The notes under the pieces were generated by a model. That model saw nothing but the letters and a program-made list of their open reading frames with translations, ran no database searches and was not told where the DNA came from. A stretch of 64,000 bases of DNA, from assembly GCA_951406725.2 (NCBI GenBank), contig OX597816.1, positions 60,016,001 to 60,080,000 of the forward strand. Direction: 5' to 3'. Positions within the stretch are counted from its first letter, which is position 1. Every line of letters starts with the position of its first letter. Positions 50,290-63,845 of this stretch are shown here, one piece after another. Source of the stretch: Octopus vulgaris. Its lineage: Eukaryota. A program made the translations under genes and the position numbers.

Positions 50290-50400
50290 GAACTTGTACG
50301 CTACTTGTGATGACGTTTATGTCGTTTCTCGTGACGTCATAACAAAGTATTTTCACAAAGTGTTAACATTTATCAATTTCAAAATTCCAAATCGAGGAAT
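50290..50400 (-). promoter_or_regulatory. Probable NHEJ1 promoter region with a CRE/ATF site
   Basis: Locally CpG-rich unique DNA about 200-300 nt upstream of the ATG; palindrome TGACGTCA at 50332-50339 and half-site TGACG at 50311-50315. A possible acceptor at 50205-50207 could mean an extra 5'UTR exon. Confidence 0.45.
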
Positions 50401-50734
50401 TCTTGAAACGGTGATTCTCACTCATAATAAACAAGTTTGCATTGTTTTTCCCGCAGAATATGTTTACAATTTATTACATTTTTAAAATGAATTTGTGACA
50501 TCTACTTAGCTTATTCAACTAAACTGATATTTAAACAAAATTGTTACTGCACCAGACAACATGCTATGTGGCATATTGTCCATTTTTGTGTTCTGAGATC
50601 AAATTCCGCTAAGCTTGACTTTACTTTTCATCCTTTCAGGGTCGATAAAATAAGTTCTAGCTTAGTTCTGGGGTCAATGTAATCAACTAGCACCCTATCC
50701 CCAAAATTCAGGCCTTATGCTTATAGTACAAGGG

Positions 50735-51170
50735 ATCATCATCATAATCGTTTAACGTCCGTATTCCATGCTAGCATGGGTTGGACGGTTCGACTGGGGA
50801 TCTGAGAAGCCAGAAGGCTGCACCAGGCTCCAGTCTTATCTGGCAGTGTTTCTACAGCTGGATGCCCTTCCTAACGCCAACCACTCTGTGAGTGTAGTGG
50901 GTGCTTTTTACGTGCCACCTGCACAGGTGCCAGGCGAGGCTGGCATCGGCCACGGTCGGATTGGTGCATTTTACGTGCCACCGGCACGGAAGCCAGTCGA
51001 GGCGGCACTGGCATCGGCCGCAATTCAGATGGTGCTTTTTACGTGCCACCGGCACGGAAGCCAGTCGAGGCGGCACTGGCATCGGCCACAATTCGGATAG
51101 TGCTTTTTACGTACCACCAGTCCAAGGGTCCTGGCATCTGCCAGTCATAGGATTGGTTCAATTTCGATAA
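50735..51170 (-). mobile_element. RTE-LINE 3' tail fragment
   Basis: Matches the tail family, with tandem ~67-bp subrepeats. Confidence 0.8.
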
Positions 51171-51683
51171 ATCAAACCCTACCTTCTCTTAAAAGAAGAA
51201 GTAAACACTATTTTAAAAAATTTTCTATTTTTTAAAAATTATACCATTTAACTGCTAAGGTTTTCAGCATAAAGTCATATTTGACAGAAGTACCAATTTG
51301 AGAAAGACAAAAGTTACAGGTCACTCACAGGATTCAAACCACACATCAGTTTAAAATTTTGGCACAATGCCAGCAATTTCTGGAGATGGGTAGGTTCATT
51401 ACATTCACTCTAGTGATCAACTGGTCCTTATTTTATTGACTCTGAAAGGATGAAAAGTAAAGTTAACTTTGGCAGAATTTGAACTCAGAACATAAAGATG
51501 ACTGAAATGCTGCTAAACATATTGCCCAGTGCAGTAGCATTTCTGCCAATTTGCCACCCTAAACCACATATCATTTACCAGATGTCCACACAACCAATAT
51601 ACTACAAAAGGTCTGCCAGCCCATCCTCTCAATAATTACACTTGTTTATTTTGTATCACTGCTCATAGCATTTTGCTTTGAAA

Positions 51684-52420
51684 TGTACCATTTAGCCTTC
51701 CACTGTTCCATGTAATCTGGTATCATACCAGCTAGCATACCACTGTACCATTTAGCCTGCCACAGTTATATTTAGTTTAGTTCTGTCCTATTTGGCCTTC
51801 ATCTGTGCCATTTGATGTACCACTGTACTATCTAATTTTGTACCATACCATCTGGTCTGCTACAGTACCATTTACTTTGCTACAGTACAATTTAGTCACT
51901 ATTGCAACATATCACCTTCTACTGTATTATTTGATCTATCACAATACCTATTTCTTTACTACCTACAAGAGGCTTAACACAGAGGGGACAAACAAACGGA
52001 TTAAGTCAATTACATTGACCCCAGTGCATAACTGGTACTTATCGACCCCGAAAGGATGAAAGGCAAAGTCGACCTCGAATGATCTATCACAATACCATTT
52101 AGTTTGTTGTTGTAGCATTTAGTCAAGTACTGTGCCATTTAATCTGCTACTTTACCATTTAGTATGGCACTGTACCATTTAGGTGGCCTCTATGCCATTT
52201 AGATTGATACTTTCTACCAGTGTACTGTATATCCTGTTAATATAGTATTTACTCTACCACTGTACCTTTTTTATCTGCTACTGCACGATTTAACCTGTTT
52301 CAGTATTGTTTAGTCTGCCACTATACTAGTAAATCTCTCGTATAATTTTATTTGCCACTGTACAATTTAATCTAGTACTGTACCATTTAGTCTAACAGTA
52401 TACCATTTAGCCTACCACTA
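51684..52420 (+). repeat. Degenerate 20-bp-period minisatellite (consensus ~cactgtaccatttagtctgc) with a SINE fragment inserted
   Basis: taccatttag recurs every ~20 nt; the insert at ~51949-52079 is flanked by tgatctatcacaatacc on both sides. Confidence 0.75.
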
Positions 52421-54586
52421 GCTTTAGTTTTACAAGAATAGGAAAAGCTGTAATAAAGTGTTCAAACTTCTCTTAAGTGTGTAAGTGTGGTATAGAAAAT
52501 CAAATGGTCACAGCCCCTTAATAAAATTGAGCAGTTGATTTATTGTTATAACACAGGAAACACACTAAGTATTGGTTCCCTACTATATACATACTCCATA
52601 CACACGCATGTATCTGACTCATACACTGTTTGCTTTCCAGACATTTGTACATTACTGCATATACTTTATATGCACTTTTTGACAAGTTGTGGTGCACCTG
52701 AGCACTGTATACAATAATTTCATATTATTATTATATATATATGTATGTATGTAGATGAGGAGGAGCATAAATATGTTATGGGTCATTCATGTTTTTCCAA
52801 ATAACATTGAAGTTGTTGGGTGTTCATTTAAAAAGTTACTGAAAGGTTTAATGACTAAATTCAATTCATAAAAATTCAATTAATATACAGGTAACTCCTG
52901 CACCACAGATTCTCTGATTATGGAATTCTGCTCTTATAAAATTTGTAAATTATTACCACTAGTTTCAGGATATGGTCTAAAATTCAAATCTCAGGGAAAT
53001 TTAGATTTTTTAACAGTTTAAAAGGAAAATCAACAATGTTTACAGGTATAAAAAGTGCTATTTTGAGAAATTATATTCTCTGTGTAACACATTTATAAAC
53101 CTTGCTCTCTTCTCATTTCTTGCCTATATTGTCTGTACACTTTTGTTGCTTACAATCCTACTATTCAATTATTTAAATTTATTCATGCTTTCTCTGACTA
53201 GCATTTTCTTAAAGTTTTTCTGACTCTTAACATCTGTTTGCTTGCATAACCACTCCATATCTTGTTTCTTGTTGTTTGCGACAATTTTACCAATACTTAC
53301 CCACCACTCCTTTCTTCTTCACATTATTTGTGATGCATAAATTCAACTGGTCTGAGTCTTATTACTAACTTTTATTATTCAGTAATTCTCCCCACATTGT
53401 ACAGCTCCCACTGTTCAACATCAATTCTTCAACCTTTTCAACTTCTAATTTACACTCTTGCTTCTGAAGTAATAAAACGATTATTTTTGTTTAAAAAGAA
53501 TATCATCACTTTTCTCAGATTCTGCTGTTTTATTATTTGGTGAGTATTTGTTCTCTATAGTCACCACTGCTGGACTTAACTACTACTGTGTCCAGTACAG
53601 TGCATTATCCTTATCTGAAATGACTGAAAATAGACTACCAAATAGAAATAAAAGCAGTAGGGGGGGGGGGAGCAAAAGGAATTATAAAGGATGTAGGATG
53701 TTAAATCTGATGTCTTATGAAAGTTTGATTTTGGGCAAAATCAGTAAAGCTTGCAATTTCCACATTTTGACAATAATGACAAACTTTGACCAACTGCTGA
53801 ATCAGCTACTCTGTGAAACGGCTGGATATTGCTTTTTTTTTCATAGATTTGAAATGCTAATTAATATGGCATGGCTCCTGATTGTGTGAAGTGATGATCA
53901 GACATGTTGAAATTGACTGATAAACACATTGTGAAAACCAAAGTTTGTATGATGATTTGCTGGAAGAAGTACAATTTCTGATACAAAATGTTTTCTAATA
54001 ATGTCTAGTTTGAAAGGTTTAGCAGGTACCTTAAATTGTTCAACATTAAAATGATCAGTGAAGTTGCCAGTGGTGATTTAAAGGCTGCTACAGGTGGGTC
54101 TATATCAGAACAAATGGAATTTTTGAAAGTGCATGACTGCCAAGACTTTTATATGTATAAAAGTCCATAGGTGTGATCGTAGCTGTGTGGTAAGAAGCTT
54201 GCTTCTCAATCACATGGTTCCAGGTTAAGTCCCAGCATGGCACCTTGGGCAAATGTTTTCTACTATAGTCTCAGGCGGACTGACCAAAGCCTTGTGAGTA
54301 GATTTGGTAGACAGAAACTGAAAGAAGCCCGTAGTATAGATATATATTCTTTTATTCTTTTACTTGTTTCAGTCATTTGACTATGGCCATGCTGGATCAC
54401 CGCTTTTAGTTGAGCAAATCGACCCCAGGAATTATTCTTTGTAAGCCTAGTACTTATTCTATCAGTTGTCAAGTGATGTTGGGGGGACAAGCACAGACAC
54501 ACAAAGATACACACACACATATATATACATACATATATAGGAGGGTATTGTAGTTCGCTTGAAGCATTGTGTATTGTTTGTAATGA

Positions 54587-54868
54587 AAAGTTTTGAATGA
54601 TATAACAATGCACTATAATACAAGCAATGGGCTATTTACCTGCTGTAATTTAGTCATCCATAGTATGATATGATATTTCGGAAAGAAATGACTAAAATAA
54701 ATAAAAGAATATATATATGCCACGGGCTTCTTTCAGTTTCCATCTACCAAATAGAATATCTGAAGAAGGAATATTATTCCGAAATATGATATCAGACTAT
54801 GGATGACTAAATTACAACAAGTATATAGCCCACTGTTAGTATTATAGTGCATTGTTGTACCATTCAAA

Positions 54869-54873
<5 letters not shown>
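54587..54873. repeat. Fold-back element (~97-bp arms) with a hammerhead-like core
   Basis: Arms 54587-54683 and 54777-54873; CTGAAGA at 54760, GAAA at 54781. Confidence 0.8.
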
Positions 54874-54911
<38 letters not shown>

Positions 54912-55734
54912 GACGGGCTTCTTTCAGTTTCCATCTACCAAATCCCCTCACAAGGCTTTGGTTGGCCCGAGGCTATAGTGGAAGACACTTACCCAAGGTG
55001 TCACAGTGGGACTGAACCCAGAACCATGTGGTTGGTAAACAAGCCACTTACCACATACCAACTCCTTTGGTTGTGTGTGTGTGTGTGTGTGTGTGTGTTT
55101 ATAAGATATTTTCATCTATAAAAGTGATTTTATTGTTTTTTCCCCCCTGTTTTTAAAATATTCCAGCAGAATGCATCTCATTATTTTATATAAAATGGAA
55201 GATAATACAAAAATAGGTTTCACATATATTTATTTGTGTGTTTGTGTGTCTGTTTGTCTTTGTCCCCTGCCATTGGTTGACAACCGATGCTGGTGTACTT
55301 GTATCCCTGTAACTTAGTAGTTTGGCAAAAGAGACTGGTAGAATAAGTACTAGGCTTACAAAGAATAACTCCTGGGGTCGAGTTCTTTAACTGAAAACCC
55401 TTTAAGGCAGTGCTCTAGCATGGCCACAGTCAAATGACTGAAACAAGTAAAAGAATATATATATGTATTATATTATACAATAGGCTTCGTTGCAGTTTCC
55501 AACTCCTAAGTTCACTCACAAGATAATGGTCAACCTAAGGCTATAGTAGAAGATACATGCCCAAGATGCTGTACAATGGGACTGAACCTGAAACCAATTG
55601 GTGGTGCAGCGAGCTTCTTAACCACACGGCCATTCCTGTTATTTACATATAGGATAAAATTTAATTAATTAAAATTTCAGAATTAAGTCCCTTGTGTTTT
55701 TTAACCAAAAATTTGTAATTTAGATAATGATTGT

Positions 55735-56190
55735 AATCATCCTGGAATCTGTCCAGAGACGTGCAACCAAACGCATACCCTCCATCAGACACCTACCATA
55801 TTCTGAGCGCCTTGTTTCCCTGGGCATGGATTCACTGAAGCTCCGGCGTCTGGCGACGGACTTGGTAAACACCCACAAGGTTATCAACCACCTCACCAAC
55901 AACAACACTGAACACCTTTTTGATCTCCATGTGTCTAACACACGTGGACATGCCTACAAAGTCAGAAAACAGCACAGCTCCCATGACTTTCAGAAACATT
56001 TTTTCACGCTCAGGGTTGCTGAAGCATGGAATAAACTGCCTGCATCAGTTGTTGACTGCCATGACACTGCATCCTTTAAGGCCCTCATGCTTCCCGAAAT
56101 CCGTCGAAACTACACCTGATTATATATACACTTTAGATGAGTTGTAGTGCACCTGAGCACTGTACACAATTATTATTATTATTATTATTA
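55735..56190 (+). mobile_element. CR1-clade LINE 3' fragment
   Basis: LESVQRRATKRIPSIRHLPYSERL..L....LKLRR...D...TRGH..K.......FF..RV...WNKLP is the typical CR1 ORF2 C-terminus; tail gtgcacctgagcactgtacacaat(tat)n, also seen at ~52690-52730. Confidence 0.9.
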
Positions 56191-56827
56191 TCATTAAAAT
56201 TAAATGGTTTTCTAAATCAAGTATGCTAGCATCCACTTTACAGTTAAGATACCTTCAGAAGGTGACCTTGAAAAGTTATAATCCCACCCCATTCTCCAGT
56301 CATTCTTTTAAGACAATCTAACAGAATATTCTCTGAGAAGCTGTCCAACTATTTGGCATAAACATTGTCTATTCAACCCATTATTAACTTTTCAATATTT
56401 ATATGAAATTTTTTGTTATCATTTGCATTATTTAATGTAAGTACAGACATCCTGTACATTAGAGAAAAAACTGCATTCCAGAAAATCCTGATGCAATCTG
56501 GAATTCCATTCTGTGAAACCTATTTTTATATTGACCTCCATTAAAATAATGAGATGCATTCTGATGGAATTTTTTAAAAGCAGGTGGGGGAAAAAAAAAA
56601 GAATATAATCACTTTTATAGATGAAAATAACTTTTAAACACACACACACATGCACAACCAAAGGCCCAAGTGTGGTTGTGTGATTAAGAAGCTAGCTTTC
56701 CAACCACGAGGTCTTGGGTTCAATTTCACTGTGTGGCACCTTGGGTAGGTGTCTTCTACTATAGCCCCAGGCTGACCAAAGCTTTGAGTGTAGATTTGGT
56801 AGATAGAAACTGAAAGAAAACTGTCAT

Positions 56828-56859
<32 letters not shown>

Positions 56860-56893
56860 AAATGACAGTTTTCTTTCAGTTTCTATCTACCAA

Positions 56894-57198
56894 GTGGAGG
56901 CACATGACCTAGTGGTTAGAGCAGCAGACTTGCGGTCGAGGGATTGTGGGTTCAAATCTCAGACTGGGCGATGTGTGTGTTTATGAGTGAAACGCCAAAG
57001 CTTCACACGGTTCCAGCAGAAGGTAATGGCGAACTTCTGCTGACTCTTTCGCCACAACTTTCTCTCACTCTTTCCTCCTGCATCTTGTAGCACGCCTGCG
57101 ACAGACTGGCGTCCCATCCAGGTGGGGAACCTTTATGCCAAGGAAACCAGAAACCGGCCCTTATGAGCCAGGCATGGCTCGAGAAGGAACAAACAAAG

Positions 57199-57200
<2 letters not shown>
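56894..57200 (+). mobile_element. SINE family B copy
   Basis: Homologous to 17114-17400. Confidence 0.8.
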
Positions 57201-57244
<44 letters not shown>

Positions 57245-57248
<4 letters not shown>

Positions 57249-57682
57249 TCATCATCATCATTTTAATGTCCATTTTCCATGCTAGCATGGGTTGGACAGT
57301 TCGACTGGGGTCTGGAAGCCATGGAGGCTGCACCAGGCTCTAGTCTGATTTGGCAGTGTTTCTACAGCTGGATGCCCTTCCTAACACCAACCACTCCGGG
57401 AGTGTAGTGGGTGCTTTTCACGTGCCACTGGCACAGGGGCCAGAGGAGGCTGGCAAACGGCCACGATCGGTTGGTGCTTTTATGTGTCACCGACACGGAC
57501 GCCAGTCAGGCAGCACTGGCATCTACCATGTTCGGATGGTGCTTTTTACATGCCACCGGCACAGGTATCACAACTACAATTTCCATTTGATTTTTTGATG
57601 TTGATGTACTTGACTCAATATCAAAAAAAAAACAAACTAAAAAATGGAAATTGTAGTTGTGATACCTGTGCCGGTGGTACAT
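57245..57682 (-). mobile_element. RTE-LINE 3' tail fragment ending in a snap-back hairpin
   Basis: Tail family match; 57550-57588 is repeated inverted at 57642-57682. Confidence 0.8.
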
Positions 57683-59094
57683 ATTAATTTCCCACTTTGA
57701 CACAAGGTCAAAGCATAGCCGGGAAGGAATATAGTATTTTACCATGGGGTCAAACATTTCTAAGTGTAGGGTATTGTCTTTACAATTGTCCTCCGAAAGA
57801 TAATGACAAAGTTCACCCTGGCATGATTTGAACTCAGATTATTGAGAGACGAAGCTAAATATTGTTTGTCATTTGTTCCAGCAGTCTATTATTTCAGCCA
57901 TTCTATCCTTTCTTGTTTATGAAACATAGATCCTTATTGTTAGCACAGGGATACATTTTTTTGTTGGGAGAACATAATTATTTAAATATGCCTCAATACA
58001 TTACATGACTGTTATAGATTTTATTGTCCCAAGGAAGATGAAAGGCCAAATTGACCTTGTCTGGACTTGAATCTCGAACAGAAAAGATATCTACAATCGT
58101 TTATAGAAAAATGTTGCCAACGATGAGTTATTCAATAGAGTAAATTTATACAGAGATGAGCCAATATGAACAATGGAAACAAAGCACACATATACTCTTT
58201 CTCTTCACCCATGTAAGCTATTTTATCAAATACTCTGTTGTTCCTATAATTTGTTAATTAAGTATTGAAATTATCGTAAAACGAGTGTGTGGCCCAATAT
58301 AACTCCTGATTTAACACCACTGGTTCTTGGGTGCATTTATTAGAGTTCTTTCTGTTGCAAGCAGCAGTGGACCTAATCCACATATTTAGTGTACCACCAC
58401 CACTGCCAACTGCTGCTTCTAGACATGCTTCCAACTTATTATAATTGCATTAGCAAAACATAGACTTCACTGTACTTACTGAAGATGTGATAAAAGAATT
58501 CATTAGTAAGTATATAAGATTATTGATAGAATTGGTAAAGGAGAAAAATAACTAAGAGCACATGACTAAAACCTTTTCAGTTTTTAATCCTATACTTTAA
58601 CAGCAAATTTTGTCTCAGTCAACTTTGTCTTTCATCTCTTCAAGTGCTTCATTGATTAAATATCAGTAACATAGTCATTTATTTCAACTAATCATACTCT
58701 ACTTCTGAGGAAAAACTGTTCCTCTGCAAAGAATAGAGTAATTTCATCAAAATCTTTCTTTTAAACTATTCCTTTTTTGTATTTGTTTGCTAAGATTTAT
58801 AACATGATATTCAATACTGAAACAGATACTTTTGTACTTTCAAAGGGTCATACTGCAAATAAAAGCATTTACATTTCTTTATTGTCAGTGTTAATTAATC
58901 AATAATTAATAAATTATTGATTTAGTCTCTTTTGGTTTATCAAATAATGTTTTGTCATACATCTGTGACCTTCTTAATTGATGTGCATCCTGAAACTGAT
59001 GGCTCTTTTTCTTGTCTATGTTGCTGCCAGGCATCATTTATACAAAAACATAAATTTATATCGAGATTAGCCTACATGAACAATGAAAACAAAG

Positions 59095-59158
<64 letters not shown>

Positions 59159-59319
59159 ATACAAACTACACTCACACACATACATGCAAGCACATACTAA
59201 CACAATAAAGAGCACATACTAGGCAACATATAAATTGCAAACATCAAATAGAAAAGTCAGTTGCAAAATCAAGATCATTTGAGAAGGTCACAGATGTGTG
59301 ATGAAAAATTCTCTAACAA

Positions 59320-59765
59320 AGGCGTAGGAGTGGCTGTGTGGTAAGTATAGGTGTAGGAGTGGCTGCGAGGTAAGTAGCTTGCTTACGAACCACATGGTTC
59401 TGGGTTCAATCCCACTATGTGGCACACTTGGGCAAGTGTCTTCTACTTTAGCCTCGGGCCGACCAAAACCTCTGAGTGGATTTGGTAGACAGAAACTGAA
59501 AGAAGCCTGTCGTATATATGTATGTGTATGTATATATGTGTGTGTGTATAGGTTTGTGTGTCTGTGCTTGTCCCCCGCAACATCGCTTGACAACCGATGC
59601 TGGTGTTTACGTCCCTGTAACTTAGTAGTTTGGCAAAAGAGACCAATAGAATAAGTACTAGGCTTACAAAGTATAAGTCCTGGGGTCGATTTGTTCTACT
59701 AAAGGCAGTGCTCCAGTATGGCCACAGTCAAATAACTGAAGCAAGTAAAAGAGAGTAAAAGAAAC
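59320..59765 (+). mobile_element. SINE family A copy with a duplicated head
   Basis: ggcgtaggagtggctgtgtggtaagta repeated twice, then consensus. Confidence 0.85.
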
Positions 59766-61619
59766 TCCAAAAGAAAAATAAAGAATTAGTTCATAAATTA
59801 TTTAACAGTAAAGATAAAAAAAGTAAACTACAACTAGTGTGTGTGTATGTGTGTGTTTATTCAAAGAATGACCCTCCCAAAGTACAATATGTTTCTATAA
59901 CAGAAACCCATAAATGTTAGGATGTCTTCTGACTATATAAATATGATACAGTCCTTTTTATCACACAGCTTAATGTAATGATAACCTTTGTCATCAAATG
60001 GTTGATGGTGGGGTTTATGTGAGGTTTAAAAAAGAATGTCATCTTCTATGATGATGATTATGATTGATTAGAGATATTAAGATAATGTTAAAAAATATTA
60101 GTGTCATAGAGTTTGGGTGGTAGTGATGATGATGAAAATGATGGTGAAGATGATGATGATAATGTTGGTGATGTCATTGATGATGGACATGTCTTAACTA
60201 TGCTACTCCAACAAAAAAAAAGAATTTTTTAATTTTTTTACTTTTTTTGATTATTGGATTGCAATCATGCTGAAACACTGCCTTGTAGTATTTAGTTGAA
60301 CAAATTGACCCCAGTATAAATCTGGTACTTATTCTGTTTCTTTTTGCTGAACTGCTAAGTCACAGGAACATAAACAAACCAACACTGGTTGTCAAGCAAT
60401 GCTGGCATAACAAGCTCAAACACACACAGACATATGCACACATATAATATGGGCTTCCACACAGTTTCTATTTATCAGATTCATTTTCAAGGCATTAATC
60501 AACCCGGGGCTATAGCCAGAGATGCTGGCACAACGTGCTATGTGGTGGAACTGAACCTGAAACTATGTGGTAGCAAAGTGAGTTTCTTAACCACAGACAC
60601 ACTGAATAAAAAAAAAAGGATAAAGAAGTTTGGTCATATTTTCAATGCTTTTTGATCAGTCTGCTGGATCAGAGCTTGCCTTGGTAGACTCAATCCTTCA
60701 ATTAACATTACCATCTGGCTGGTCTTTGAGTTTTAATAGAATCCATCAATTTAGTAGGCATTCAGTCTAGATTTCTAATCTGAGAAGATCATTAAAAGAC
60801 AAAAGCATGGGGTGAATACTTATTCGTGATTCCATTATGATACATAGATGAGAGATTGAGCTCCTCTTGGACAGAAAACAACTCTAGTGATTTAAAAAAA
60901 TATTTTTTCTACTGCTGAGTCAGGGAGGGAAGGGCAGTGTTCATCATTATCATCACCACGATCATCAGTTGACGTCCAGTTTTCTATGCTTGCATGGTCA
61001 GACAGAATTCAATGATGCAGATTTTCTATGTCCAGATGCCTTTCCTGTTGCCAACCATTAACTTTCTAAGCAAGGTGATATTTCCCATAGCCAGACTTGT
61101 TTTTCATGCTTGTTTACAATCATCACATATACAAAACACACACACAGTAAAAGTTACATGTCTAAGGTACCATACTGTGGGATGGAAACCAAGACCACAT
61201 TGTTCAGAAGTAAGCACCTTAACTACACATCCATGCCTGCATCTTATGATTCTACTTCCTTCTTGAGCTTTCGAGAATGGTGGGATGGAAGGAATAATGA
61301 ACTAGAAAACAGAATATTTATCACATGCAGATTTCATAACTCTGCTAGTGTGTTCACATGTCTATGATACAGGGTATTTCTTCTAAATCTTGGGCTATCT
61401 TTATTATGAAAACCAGTTTTCTGAAATCTGGCCCCACTGTTCCTTCTTATCTCTTTCTTAGTTTTATTCAGTAACAGATACTTAATTTTTACTGATAGCA
61501 CATGGGATATTTTTACCCAGAAAGAATCACTCATTTTGTATCAAATTTCTATATCAGAGCAGTTGCCTCTCCTGACTATGTTATCTGATCTCTTTAATTG
61601 CTCAGGCAAATGCCTGAGT

Positions 61620-62510
61620 TATTTCTCCTGCATATATTAACTAGCATACACTCATCCTCGACACAATGTGAGTGGCCTCTCCTGCATACATTAACTGACA
61701 CTTAATCGTTTTGTAAGCATGACTCTAGGAATAAGAAGTTTCTTTCACAATTACATGCTCAAGTGTTTGATCACTCTGCACACACTCATTAAGTGAGTGC
61801 CTTCTGTCACAGTCTTGGACTAACCAATGCATTGTAACTGAAATTTGTATGGAAGTCTACTGGAGGGTCCTTTCCTCTTTTTGGAAGATGCTCAATATCT
61901 GTCACCAGTTTAACTCTACCACTTGGGGCTTGGGTACATTTAGCAGAGTTCACTGTTAAAAGCAGGTTCTTAAAAGCCCTGTAAAAGGTCATGCAATGCA
62001 CCCCCCCTCTTTGATTTATTTGTTAAAAGAATACATTGACATCCACTCATTTCAAGCGAGGAAATCTTTATCCGATCCCCTTGAATATGTCAACATATGA
62101 CTTTACACAATTTGATTGCTTCTTCTGCATACATTAGCAAAAAACCATTAACTTCTAGACATGAACTAACATACAGCCTTTTCTACTTAAGTTGACCCAT
62201 GTCTCTGTCCAGCACATTAACTAACATACACACACCTCTACATAATTCAATTATTTCACCAGCATGGATTAACCACAGCTTCCATACAATTTGATTCCAT
62301 TTCTGCTGTATACATTAACTTACAGCCACTCTCTTGTATTAATTTGATCTGTCCTAGGTTCATACATTAAGTAAAGGCCACTCACCTCTATATGATTTGA
62401 TCTGCTTCTCCTGCATGCATTAACTAAAATATGTTCATATCTAGACATTTTCATATAACTCTCTTCTACACATTAATTAAGATGCATTCCCCTTTACACT
62501 ATTGGACTGT
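61620..62510 (+). repeat. Degenerate ~52-55-bp-period tandem repeat (core caatttgat...ctcctgcatacattaact)
   Basis: The motif catacattaact and variants recur at about 50-55-nt spacing at 61630-61700 and 62105-62500. Confidence 0.55.
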
Positions 62511-63399
62511 TTTTAACAAACAAAAATCAACATAAAGGCAAGAAATAAAGATAAAAGTCATGTGCCATGACATATGAAACATTTCCAAGAGGGATTACTC
62601 CAATACGAAGTGCTGTCCATGATATTTGCTGATGGTAGTGATATAGTAGTGACAATCGAGTGGAGATGGTACAGTAAAAGGTTGATAATGTCATGGTGAT
62701 GATAGAGTGATGATGGTATAGCAATGATAGTGTAGTGGGATGGTAGGATGGAAACTGGTGATGGTAGAATCACCAGAACAAAAGATGCACAGTTGTAACA
62801 ACGATTACTTAATCAAAAACCTGTCTCCTCATATTGGTAGTTTCTTCATGTAATGACCATTTGGTACCAGTAAGGCTATGTGTATTGAGCACCTTCATTC
62901 ACATTGTTACTTCTTAATTGGAAGAGATTCCTTTAGTCTTTTATATGTTCCAGCCAAATGGCTGTGGCTATGTTGGAGTACTGCCATTTTCATCACCTTT
63001 TCAATGTCCATTCTTATGTGATTGGCTTTTGTTGAATGAGGGAGTTCGATATTGCTGCCCTCATTTATATTTCTTACCTTGATAGAGGCTCATCGGAGAT
63101 CTTAGACACCAGAAAGTAAAGGTTCTTCTTGAAAACATCTACCCATACTCCCTGTAGTTCCCCCAGGCTTTTCAGCAAGATACTAAACAGATTTGGGCCC
63201 ATATTTTATTTATATCATAACTGTTGAACAATAATGTCACTTGTTATAGTTTTCCAATAGGACAACTTCAGATTTACTGCATTTTGGATGATGTGAATGA
63301 CAAGAGAGTATTTGTCACAATACAGAATAAATATTACTAGTGACTTTGTTTAAAAGGCTCCTGGTTCTTTGGTTTTCTCATTAATATTTACATATTTAT

Positions 63400-63573
63400 A
63401 CAGGAGTGGCTGTGTGGTAAGTAGCTTGCTTACCAACTACATGGTTCTGGCTTCAGTCCAGCTGCGTGACACCTTGGGCAAGTGTCTTCTACTATAGCCT
63501 TGGACCAACCAAAGCCTTGTGAGTGGATGTGGTAGACGGAAACTGAAAGAAGCTCATTGTATATATGTATGTA

Positions 63574-63624
<51 letters not shown>

Positions 63625-63845
63625 ATATGTTTGTGTGTCTGTGTTTGTCCCCCCAACATCGCTTGACAACCGATGCTGGTGTGTTTACAACCCTGTAACT
63701 TAGTGGTTCGGCAAAAGAGACCGATAGAATAAGTACTAGGCTTACAAAGAATAAGACCTGGGGTCGATTTGCTCGACTAAAGGCGGTGCTTCAGCGTGGC
63801 CACAGTCAAATGACTGAAACAAGTAAAAGAGTAAAAGAGAGTAGA
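63400..63845 (+). mobile_element. SINE family A, full-length copy
   Basis: Consensus match. Confidence 0.9.

Noticed and set aside
50768-51170. Spaced gccaccggcac repeats as a CRISPR-like array
   Set aside because: These are internal tandem subrepeats of the RTE 3' tail in eukaryotic DNA; the spacers are not unique and there are no cas genes.
58454-58505. Plus-strand exon-like segment QNIDFTVLTEDVIKEFI with a gtaagt donor
   Set aside because: Isolated, with no partner exons or recognisable homology; such sites arise by chance.
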